A stretch of 64,000 nt of DNA from Lytechinus pictus (taxonomy: Eukaryota), in contig NC_087251.1 of assembly GCF_037042905.1 (NCBI RefSeq), forward strand, positions 682,001 to 746,000, written 5' to 3'. The notes under the pieces are model-generated. The model was not told where the DNA came from. It ran no database searches and saw nothing but the letters and a program-made list of their open reading frames with translations. Positions within the stretch are counted from its first letter, which is position 1. Each line of letters opens with the position of its first letter. A program made the position numbers and the translations under genes. Below, piece after piece: positions 1 through 11,800 of this stretch.

Positions 1-117
1 CATGAAATTTACCACACATAGATCTTGAGCTAAAGATGTGCAAGACACATTTTACATACATGTCACAAATTGTGTTGCCATGGTAACCACATATTATGGA
101 CAAAAACCCAGGAACAC

Positions 118-2658
118 CAGCGGCGTAACAGGAGTCGGTGGCCAGGGGGGGCAAGAGCCAAAAATTTCCCGGTCATATCATGGTATGAACAGGCGTAATG
201 GTGTAATGAGGCGACTATTTTAAGAAGGCCGGATATTGCGTATCGAGCAAAATTTATCTTTTAAAAAAATTGCGAGCGAGCAAAATTTTTGACCTTTTTG
301 ATACAAAAATCAAATTTTGTGATAGATTTTGACATGATATCCAGAGAATAACATATTTCACTCTTCTCTCTTTAGATTCCCTTTTTGTCTCACCTGCATA
401 GCAGAGTGAGACTATAGGCGCCGCTTTTCCGACGGCGGCGGCGTCAACACCAAATCTTAACCTGAGGTTAAGTTTTTGAAATGACAGCATAACTTAGAAA
501 GTATATGGACCTAGTTCATGAAACTTGGCCATAAGGTTAATCAAGTATTACTGAACATCCTGCCTGAGTTTCATGTCACATGACCAAGGTCAAAGGTCAT
601 TTAGGGTCAATGAACTTAGACCATGTTGGGGGAATCAACATCAAAATCTTAACCTAAGGTTAAGTTTTTGAAATGTCATCATAACTTAGAAAATATATGG
701 ACCTAGTTCATGAAACTTATACATAAGGTTAATCAAGTATCACTGAACATCCTGCATGAGTTTCACATCACATGACCAAGGTCAAAGGTCATTTAGGGTC
801 AATGAACTTTGGCCGAATTGGGGGTATCTGTTGAATTACCATCATAACTTTGAAAGTTTATGGATCTGATTCATGAAACTTGGACATAATAGTAATCAAG
901 TATTACTAAACATCCTGTGCAAGTTTCAGGTCATATGATCAAGGTCAAAGGTCATTTAGGGTCAATGAACTTTGGCCAAATTGGGGTATTTGTTGAATTA
1001 CAGCCATAAATTTGAAAGTGTGTTGGTCTAGTTCATAAAACTTGGACATAATAGTAATCAAGTATCACTGAACATCCTGTGCGAGTTTCAGGTCACATGA
1101 TCAAGGTCAAAGGTCATGTAAGGTCAAAGAACTTTGGCCACGTTGGGGGTATTTGTTGAATTGCCATCATATCTCTATAAGTGTATTGGTCTAGTTCATA
1201 AAACGTGGAAATAAGAGTAACCAAGTATCACTGAACATCTTGTGCGAGTTATAGTAGTTTTCAAAATCAGCACTGCTGCTATATTGAATCGCGTGATGCA
1301 GGTGAGACGGCCAGAGGCATTCCACTTGTTTGTGGTCTGTACGCCACTGTGAACAGGATTCTTTGCGGCAGTAGCGTGAGAGTAAAAAAAAAAAACGAGG
1401 GGCGCAGTATAGCACATGTGCTAAAAAGCTGCTTTATATAAGTCCCGAGAGAGCGAAGTGAGCGAGAAAAAAATCAACTATTAATGAGAATCTAACTTTG
1501 AGCTATTATTGACATTATATTCAGTAAATAAAACCGTATCCTACACTTTTCCTTTGCTTTTCTTTCCTCCTTTTTTGTTGTTCTTGTTTGTAGAACTTTT
1601 TGGAGCCATGGCCCAACTCTGCCATACGCAGTGCTGTGCAGTTGGGGTCCGGGGCGGAGCCCCCAGAACTTTTTTATATCAAAGCCATTAAACCTCGCAT
1701 ATTGCCGCTATTATTTTTAATCAAATCGCGGGCATATACAGAATATAGCTTTTACACAACACATTCATTCAACCCAGTTGCGTAATGAACCAAATATTTT
1801 GAGGGGGCAAAACATAGCAATGTGTGAAAAATTAGTAAAAAGTTGCCAGCGTGCAAAGCGAGCTGGAAAAAAGAAATTGCCTATTGAAATTAAATTATAA
1901 TTATGTGATAGATTTTTTCATTATATTCAGCAAATAACACATTTCATTGTTTCTATTCATTTCATTATATGTTGTCTCCTATAGTTTCTTTTATTTCCTC
2001 TTGGGTGTGGAACCAAGACCACCCCCCCCCCCCCCCCCCCCGCGCCTGTATGCAAGTGATTGAACGGGGTGCGTTATAGAGCCATTTGAAGGTTATAAAT
2101 AATGAAGAGCCCCTACTGCGTGGGGTCTGGGGCAAAGCCCCTTGCTTATTTGCGTGAAATTTAGCAAGCTTATAGCACAATGTTATTTGCAGTCCATCTT
2201 TCTTCCCGCTCTTTAATTTCAATCATCGGTAGCCCGGTCGTGTTATTATTTTTTTTGTCCCTTTGCTTTGTTTTCCAATTTAGCTTTTGATTAATTACAT
2301 TCTACCTTCGTTTCCCGCTATTGTTTGCCGTTTTGCCATCTTTTAATTTATTTCCCACCGTGCTATTGCATTACATAGGCCTATTTCGGAATGATTTGTT
2401 CTTTCTCAAATGTTCTTCTTTCGTACATTTTCCCGCTTTCCTTCCTTTTTCATTAAAAAAAACGTTTTTCCTTCGTTTTCTTTTCCCTTTTCCCCTTCCC
2501 TTTCCTTTTCCTCCTTTCCTTTTCCCCTTTCCTCCCCCTTTCCCTTTCTTTCTCCCTCCTTTTTTTCTTTTTCCCGTTTTTCTTTTATTTTCCTGGTGAA
2601 ATCCGCCAGGGGGGGCAGCTTGCCCCCCCCCCCCCCCCCCCCGCCTGTTACGCCACTG
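118..2658. mobile_element. hAT-like non-autonomous DNA transposon carrying a nested HINE
   Basis: TIRs CAGCGGCGTAACAGG / CCTGTTACGCCACTG; perfect 8-bp TSD AGGAACAC at 110-117 and 2659-2666. Confidence 0.85.
384..1330 (+). mobile_element. Helentron-associated non-autonomous element (HINE / DINE-1 / pearl-like), family A copy 1
   Basis: Inserted in a T-run. 5' subTIR GTCTCACCTGCAT with a nearby inverted GTGAGAC, a (GGC)n microsatellite, 4+ internal ~162-190-bp tandem units, 3' subTIR ATGCAGGTGAGAC and terminal CCACTTGTT. Confidence 0.8.
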
Positions 2659-2792
2659 AGGAACACTCATTGTATAAATGCTTTTTCAAGAGCACAAATT
2701 GAGTTGGGTATGAGAAGAGGTGATTTTGATTAAAAATCAAAATTCATTTGATATAATCTGAATTTTAAAATATGATTGTTATTATTGTTTAG

Positions 2793-2856
2793 GTACAACG
2801 TGGAACAAGAACAAAAGCTTGCAAATGAGACTACAGTACTTGTGGAGAATTACACA
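2793..2856 (+). CDS. ACTR2: Arp2 exon ([21 protein letters not shown])
   Basis: tttag acceptor ending at 2792, gtaagt donor at 2857; peptide matches Arp2; not in the ORF track. Confidence 0.95.
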
Positions 2857-5800
2857 GTAAGTAATGATTAAATATGCATCAATATATAGACCTTTAATGA
2901 TAAGTGCAAATTGTAGCACAGAGAGCAATCAAATTTTGTTCATGATATTGTTCTTAAACATGGCCCACTGCAAAAGATTGCTCTTCCATTGGCCTCACAC
3001 TAAAAATGTAACAACTGAAACTACCTTGCTGATAATCAGGGGTAGTCCTTTGTGTGCTTATCTATGTCCAGTATATGTGACCTTTAGAAGAATTTAGTCA
3101 ATTTACTATCTTTTGGAAATTTCATTGCTTCATTCAGCTCTCCACCTCAAAAAAAAATCTGTTTACAAAATGCCCGTCAAATTAGCAGTGGATGGACATA
3201 CAGACATAAGGATGACTTTTCTTTTACAGATATACTTCATGAAGAAAATCTGAAATACCTCTAAGAAGTTCTGAATGTCTGAATAAAAAATGCATTGTAA
3301 AAAGAAAAATGTCACAAATTGAACTATCCCTTACCTCTTACAAATTTTGCCCCTACATCAGCTTGTGAGCAAACAAAAGTTCTTCACTGCATTATCAACA
3401 ACCTTTCACAAATCATAACTCTCATTCTTTTATGGATTTCATCAAACCTTTCAATATTTCAACTAATTTTTCTGCTTTTATTAAACCAATCATAAGGGTA
3501 AACTTCCTGTTTAACAATTAAAATTGTTTATTTTCAAAGATGAGATTCAACTTGTAGCTAATGCTAATCAGCAAATGAGATGATTGATAATATGAAGAAA
3601 AGGTCACCAGTCTTGTTACACCACCCTGGTTTAATGTAGTGACTAGTTTTATTATGGCTAACTTCCTAGACTAAAGTTGAAATACCCTATTGCTTTACCT
3701 TTCAGCTTCCTGATGGACGTCAGATAAAGGTCGGAGGTGAAAGGTTTGGTGCTCCTGAAGCTCTCTTTCAACCACATCTTATCAACCAGGAAGGAGTTGG
3801 AATTTCAGAATTACTCTTCAATACTATCAATGTAATAATAATAATCTATCAAATGGGGGTCAGTTTGCACAAAGTGGTCTTGGACATTAAATAGAAACAA
3901 TTCATAGTTAAACACTTTCAAATTTAATGGGTTATTTCATAAGCAACTCTCATGATGAAATGGTCCTCAGGGGGTCTTTGACATGAGCTTACTAATAGGT
4001 CATTAATGCTGTATCATAGTTTAGAGAGGTCTCTTCAAATTTGAAATCAATGTCAAGGTTGATTGAAATATTAGGTAATAGCACACAAATGATGAGGAAG
4101 ATTAGGTCTGGAACCAAAAATAAAGGCGTAGTTTTCACCTTTTAAAAATCTGACCAAGGGAAGTCAAATAACATAATTGCCAGGACAATAATCCTCATGA
4201 AAAAATTTCAACATGGATTAGTTTGTTTAATGAATTACCTGGGGTAGGACCCGTGCTGAAATGAAATGAAAAATGAAACCTTTTATGATGAATCGGAACC
4301 CTAAAAAAAAAGGAAAGGAACTGCTTACATGTATAAAATGCATACTAAGATTAGCTTTGAATGTACCTACAGACATAAGGATGACTTTCTTTTACAGAAG
4401 TACTTAATGAAGAGAATTTGAAATACCTCTAAGAAGTTCTGAATGTCTGAAAGTAATATCCATTGTAATTAGAAAAAAGTCACAACTTGGAGTACACCTC
4501 GTCTCTTCGCTGAATCCTGTATATTGATGTATTCAGTGGTTTCATAGGAATGGATAATCTCTAATATATATTATAAAGCCTGTATGTCTTGAAGTAGATA
4601 ACAATACGATATCAGAATCAGTTAAAAGCAATGAAGCACCCACTACCATACATGTATTTACATTATTGAGGCCAAGCCAATTATGCTGTACCATGGGATT
4701 TCTTTGCCTGGTTAGTTTCAGACTAGGGATGGTGAGATAATGTTCTTTTCTATATCAGGCAAGAATAATATCTATTTATTATAAAATTTAATTCTATTGG
4801 TTGAGATCTGTTGCTTTTGTAATTCCCTCTAGGGGTATGAAGGGTAATTCTAAACATCACAAGTTTGTCTTAAAATAATTTTTTTTTATAGAAGTTAACT
4901 TCACCATGAAGGTGTTTTTTTTCAGCATTCTTGTACATTGTATATTCATACCACCACTCTCCTGTTTGGTAAAAAAAAAAAAACTTTTTGAATGATTTAT
5001 TTCAGGCTGCTGATATTGATACCAGATCCGAGTTTTACAAGCACATAGTATTATCTGGTGGTTCTACCATGTATCCAGGCTTCCCATCCCGTTTAGAAAG
5101 AGAGATCAAACAACTCTACCTTGAGCGAGTACTGAAGGGTGATACTGCTAAATTATCTGTAAGAACTTCTTTTATTGTAGTTTTTTTCTCACATGTATAG
5201 CAGAGCAACACTATATACGCTGCTTTTCTGACGGCGGCAGCAGCAGCGAATCTTAACCAAGATTTATATAAAGTTTTTGAATTGTCATGACTTAGACCTA
5301 TTTCATGAAGCTTGGACATACGGGTAATCAAGTATCACTTAATCATCTTGCACAAGTTGCATGTCACCTGACAAGGGTCAAAGGTCATTTAGGGTCAATG
5401 TACTTTGAAATCTTAAAGTAGGTTAAGTTTTTGAAATGTCATAACTTTAAAAGTATAGATCTATTTTATGAATCTTACATAAGAGTAATCAAGAACCAGT
5501 GAACATTACTGTGCAAGTTTCAGGTCACATGACAAAGTTTAATGGTCTTTGGCCATGAAGCAGTCAGTCTGCAAGCCCCTGAGTTAATGAGCAAATGAGC
5601 AAGATTTATCCAAGTCCTCTCGTGGCTGAATTCATGTCCCTGCAAAATCTTGTGAATTGTGAGACTTTGTTTCTCAAAGAATTTAACCACTTTTTCTTGA
5701 GTAAAATTGATTATTTTTATACCATATGAAAGAGTAAACGTTACTCTTTTATACTGATTATTTCTTTTGAATAAAATATTATGATAAATAAGTGAATTTT

Positions 5801-8800
5801 AGGCATGAAAAGATGCCTCAAACAGTTTTCTTCCTCTTTTTTCTCTTGCAAATTGTGTTTTAGGCACAAACATTATTGATATCATCAGAAAGCTCAAACT
5901 CTATACTTTCTTACTATGTCACTTTTGATATGTGGCACCTTTTAGATGGGTCAGCAGCCAGCTTTTTCCAACAAATGTTAGACAAGATTTCTTAAATTTC
6001 TGAGTAGCATAAAATCCAGAGTTCTGATTGGTTAAATAGTGTTTTCAAAACAACAGGTGTGGGTAATTTGATGAGATTACCACATGGTGAGTGTGACCTT
6101 GCAGAGGCCCAGTGTGGGAACATTGGAATTTGCGTGGGTGTGTGGTCTCTATGACCAATCAGAGCGCAGTATTCTTGTTTTTAAACTGCTAAATGTACTT
6201 GGCCTGTAAAAAGCTGGTTGCTGACCCATCTAAGATACCTCTTCTTATAAAAATTATATCATATTAAAGCTTAGATCTTCAGCTTTATCATAATCTAAAG
6301 ATTATTTGGGCCCAACCAGAAATTAGGTGTAAAAACAACAAGTTTTGTTCGCATAAAAATAATTATTTTGTTTCATGTTTTAGATCAAAAGTTTCATCTA
6401 TGTTACAAAATCTTTTTTTTAATCCAGAAACATGACCTGAAAGAATGATATTTCTTCTTTATAATGACACCAAAAACATGAAATTTGGTCAATATTTAGA
6501 GCAGCAATGGCCGAATAAAAAGAGGTGTTTTCATCCGCACCAAGCTCATTAACAATGCAAAAACCCTCTAGTCATGAATATCACTTGGATAAAAGAAGCA
6601 ACCGGGGGGGGGGGGGGCCATTATGGCCCCCCCCTTAAGATCTCAGCCGCGGATTGCGCGATCACAACGAAAATTTGCATGATGGTAGAGAACGACGTAA
6701 TCTACGCAGTTGCATTGGCAAATTTCACTGAATTCATATATTTTTATTTTATATGAATTCATTATGCTAATTTATTCATGAAATCGTATTTTTTGCTCTG
6801 ATACACTAAATAAAGCTCCTAGAATGCTATTTTTTGGTGAAAATATTCTTTATAGCATTCCTAACAATTGTAAATGAAAAAAATTCTGGTACCAAGACCG
6901 ATTTCTTATGTATTTTATTGTTTTTTAAATTTCTTATGTATTTCTTTGTTTTTTTACTTTTTGTTTTGTTATTGTTTTTTCGATGGAAATCGTTCCAGAC
7001 TTAATTCTGATCATAAACAAGGCAAAATTAATTAAGTTTGATAAGTAAAAGTAGAAATAATGATACATTTATGAATTTTGGCTAATACACAATCTGCATT
7101 GGATTTGTACATGAAATCACGAGCAATTTAGGGTCTGACATGCACTTACATAATGTTGTGTAATGTCGTAACCGCGTACCCGGGAGTCACAAAATTGGTC
7201 TAAAACTTTGCGCGAGACTTAAAAGTAAAAAGTCAGTGAGCGGCAAGGTCAAAAAAATTTGCACAGCAGATATATCGCGAAAATTGTCGAGGGTGGGCCA
7301 TTATGCCCCCCCCCCCCCCCGGGAGAATTAGGGTTAAGCCCTTGAAGTGTTTTTTTTTTTTTTTTGGGGGGGGGGGGTTGTTTTGTTTACATACTCTGTA
7401 GGATTTTGATCAAATGCAATGAAAACCTGTCTCTGCTGATTGGGCTACCCTTTTTAAATATATGTAATAAATAAAATTTCTGGTTTTTGGATTCATTTTA
7501 TAGTTTGTGGGAATTTTGTATTTATTTCTGTATTTTTTCCCTTTTTTATTGTTTTTTATGGAAATTGGATGGAAAGGAAATTTTTCCAATCATAAACAAC
7601 ATGAAATTAATTGATTTCAATTAGTAATAGTAACTATGACATACCTACCAATATTCCTATTTTAGGGAAAAGAAAATTGCCATTTTAACTGAATGGCAAT
7701 ATTACTAAATTGTACTTTTGCGAGCCCTGGCCATGGAAAAAAATTTTCTTACTCTCTTCTTTTCTTTAATTTTTGTCTTGCCTGCATAGCAGAGCGAGAT
7801 TATAGGCGCCACTTTTCTGACGGTGGCTGCGGCGTCGTCAACATTGAAATCTTAAAGGTGAATGAAACCTTTGGAATAAGTGGGCTTGTGTCGAAACAGA
7901 AAAATCATAGAAACAGATCATCAAAAGTTTGAGAAAAATCGAACAAACAATGTGAAAGTTATGAGCATTTGAATATTGCAATCACTATTGCTATCGAGAT
8001 CCTCCCATTGGTTATGCGACAAGGATGTGTGATGTCACATGTGAACAACTTTCCCTTTGATGGAATACCCCCAAAATGTCTCTTTTTGCTTTTTCTTATG
8101 GTGATACAAACTCTTTATCCAAGATGTATTCTTTAAAAATCTGAATTACATGCCCTCCTATAGAAAGAACACATGATCTACTGATAGATGTGATAAAAGA
8201 GGCAATTGAAAGGGGAATCCAACCCAAATAAAAAGTTGTTTTTATAAGAAAAAGAAAAATCAGACAAGTTGATAGGTGAAAGTTTGAACAATATTGGACA
8301 AACAACAAGAAAGTTATGAATTTTTAAAAGTTGTAAATATTCGTAATCACTATACTCATGGAGACTTCAAATTGGCCGCATATGGGATGTCATAGTGATG
8401 TAAGGCAAGGACTACTCTTCCATGTACTCCAATACATATTATGGCTAAGATGTCATTTTTCCCAAAAGTTTTACTTCAAATTATATTTTTCTTTCATGAG
8501 GACATTAAACAATATACTACCTGGGTTATATTTAGATTACTGCCCCAGGGGAATGGATACTTAGGAGAAAACCACAAATCCCTGATAATAAAGTACATGG
8601 CCTATGGGAAAGTAGTCTAGTTCTAGACGATTTTAAACGAATCTATTTGCACCACGATATAATACGTTCTATTCCGTGCGTACGCCCAGCCGAGTGTGCG
8701 CGCAAAACCGAGAACCTGTACTCCGAGGAAAAATCGTCTAGACCAGTTGCTCTGCGGTGACGTCAGAGGTCAAAGGTCAACGGACGAGTGCTTCATAAAT

Positions 8801-11800
8801 ATGCATGAGTTACTTGTCAATCTCGCCGCGCCGAACAACAGTGCAACGTTGTTTACGTTTTGCACGTGTTATCAGCTGTGTGCATGCATTGTACACATGG
8901 GATTGATGTAATACTCAGTAGATCTACGTGATATCAATACATGTACACGTATCATACGAAAGTTTGAGATAGTTCATTATTTTTAAGGCTACAAATAGAC
9001 ATTTCATTGTTGGGAAATTACTGTAACATGCATAGGCCTATAGTTATTTCACTCAATGTGCATATCTTGGTTAAATCTGTGGGTATGATGTTACCATCAT
9101 GATATATGAAAGAAGGTGCTATTGTACCAAATTTCAAACTTCAAAACAATACAGACTAGTTTTTCCACTTTATTCAGATGGAATAATTAATATACAAGTT
9201 TGAATGATATATTTTATATTCTTCTTCATCTACACATGTAATTACATAGAGGTAATTTGTCTTAGTATGGGTATTGAAAATTAAGACTCATAAATGTAAA
9301 CTCTCATTCTTGTGAATGGATCACATCACGGTACATTTTACTGTGGGCACTTGTAAATATATCATTTTCAATGTCTTCTTCACATATTTCACTGTCAGAG
9401 AGTATGACAAAAAGGGTTGAGAAGTACATGTACTTTGTACAGATTAGTACAGAGCTGTGAAAGGGATAAGGAAAACAGAATAAAAATCATTAATGATTTT
9501 TAAAAGTAGATTAATCTCAGGCTCACAAAAATTTTGTATGCGGATTTTGATGCGTGCAGTACATCAGATTTTGGAAGAAAATCTTTGCAGTTGTCCTTGG
9601 AACTTTTAGTTTATTTATTTACTTTAAAAGAACATCTAGATAATGCGTACAATTATTTTTGTTGTTCAGCTACATTATAATCTAGCTACATGTAGCCAGG
9701 AAATGATATTGCCAATGATGTACATGAAGCCTCTTCGATAAATAAAGGCACCTTTTCTCATTACATTTGAAGTACAGTATTTATGAAATATATTTTTGCA
9801 GCCATTATGAAAGAGCATATTGTGTTCAGATCTACATGTAATTTGCCAGTTAATTAAATTGCTAGTAACTATTCCATTGCAGTGTAAGTTTTACATGTAG
9901 TTTGCATAGGCGGATCCAGCTTTTGGCGAAAGGGGGGGGGGGCACACTGCCGAGCGGCGCACATAATTATTTTTGCACTTCACCGGCGCCATAAAAGAAA
10001 ATGTTGAAAAAGGGCTAAAGTCTGACCCTGTCAAATGCTCTTTTCAAAATGTAGGACTTTCAGTCATGCCATTTTACATGACCACACGCAGATAATATTT
10101 CCGGGGGGGGGGGGGGAACTCGAACATATTTTTGAAAAAAATAAAAATAAAAACGATAGAGTAAACGGACCGAGCTGCTCAATGGGGCGATTATTTTTTT
10201 TACAAGTGTAATAAAAGTATTTGGTGCACATCTCACATTTGCACATTTTTCATAGTTTTCATGAAATGTTAAGGGAAAAAATGTGTTTTCACAACAACTG
10301 ATCGGGAATTTGCCCCCCCCCCCCTTCCCCCTTGCTGCGTACGAACATTCCCTGAAGTCCACTTAAACATATATCATTATAACAGAAAATATACATGAAT
10401 ATAAACATATAATCTTTCTAAGACATATATAGAGAGAGATTGAAAAACTTATTAAAGAAAGAAACAAACAAATTATGCATGTTATGTGCGATTTCAAAAT
10501 CTCGTGTACTAACCCTTTTATTGCGATGAGGCAAATACTTGTGTATATTAATTGAGATACAAGTTTTTTTTTTACTATATATACAAAGGGGCGTCGATCC
10601 TTTTTTCAGATTGGGGGGGGGGGCAAAATCATGAATCAACTTTCCAAAGACGCTCGATCACACAAAACAAACTCACACACACTCATATGTATATATATAT
10701 ATATATATATATTTCAGCGCGAGCTGAAATTTTTTAGTATACTGACCTGAAAACAGGAAAAAGGTGCCTTTTAAAGACTGTTTGTAGTAACTCATGAGGA
10801 GAATACATATCTCACTACACAGATAATGCGAGTGCCGAGGGCGAGCTGAAATTTCTTTATATTCTGACCAGAAAGCTTGATATCTTATATGCATTTTGGT
10901 ACCAATGATTAAGATGGGTATCTAAAAAAGACAATAGATGCGAGCGCGAAGCGCGAGCTTAAAATTTTAATATTTCGATCTGAAAAAAATGAGTTTAATG
11001 GACGTTTTTAAAAAAGAACAAGATTATATCCAACAAAACAATATGATCGACGCCTCTGTATATACAATGATACTACATCATGAATCATTCGGAATACATC
11101 ACCAATCCAGGTTTATATATTATCATTCAATTTTCATGTACATGATGTATACATCATGTACAGAATTTAGTATATATTGTGATGCTTTTCACTAAATCTA
11201 ATGCAATTTGTAATGATGAGTAATTTTATCTAATTAATTTGATGAAACTGGATATGATGGTTATGACCTGAATTCAGAAAGAGATCCTTCAAGACAGAGC
11301 TTTGGAAATAGTTCTCCTGTTTTACAGGTATCGTTATCTTTGTATTTAACTTCTTCCTGAGTGATCAGATGAATAATATTTAACTTAATGGAAGATGAAA
11401 ATAAATCAAATTTTGTGGCGTAAACATTTAAACGTTAAAACAAAGATATTGACAAACTGTATTAATACATTGAAAATGATATTTAGTGGTTTAAGGTCTA
11501 ACGAATATACGTCTGGTTGCGTAATTATACACTCCCTGTAATAGCAACGGGTTTTAGCAAAGTTTTGGACTAAAATATCGAATCATCTTCATAAAACACT
11601 TTAGTAGCTGTCTTACACTAAAGGCCATACAGGTGGCACAACGTGGAATGTGTAAAGAAGAAAAGTGACTGACCTTTTTTATTAAAGCATTGGAAAATAA
11701 GATCAAAATTAAAGGATTTGCTCTACGCTTTTGTATGATTCTGGGATATTTTTCAATAACAAAAGTTTAGATTTTATGACATCTGTGTGAAACTCCCCCG

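Noticed and set aside
254..490. [22 protein letters not shown] repeated at 27028..27408
   Set aside because: A chance reading frame across the 5' end of two HINE copies; the C-termini differ with the flanking DNA
2321..2733. Lys/Gly-rich and Phe/Pro-rich ORFs
   Set aside because: Low-complexity pyrimidine tract inside the hAT-like element
4088..4155. ATGATGA...CTGA pair as a third C/D snoRNA
   Set aside because: No terminal stem and no recognisable rRNA complementarity
11238..11328. Exon-like open stretch [30 protein letters not shown] ending at a GT donor
   Set aside because: No clear acceptor and no recognisable homology; it may be a transposon gene remnant but cannot be supported
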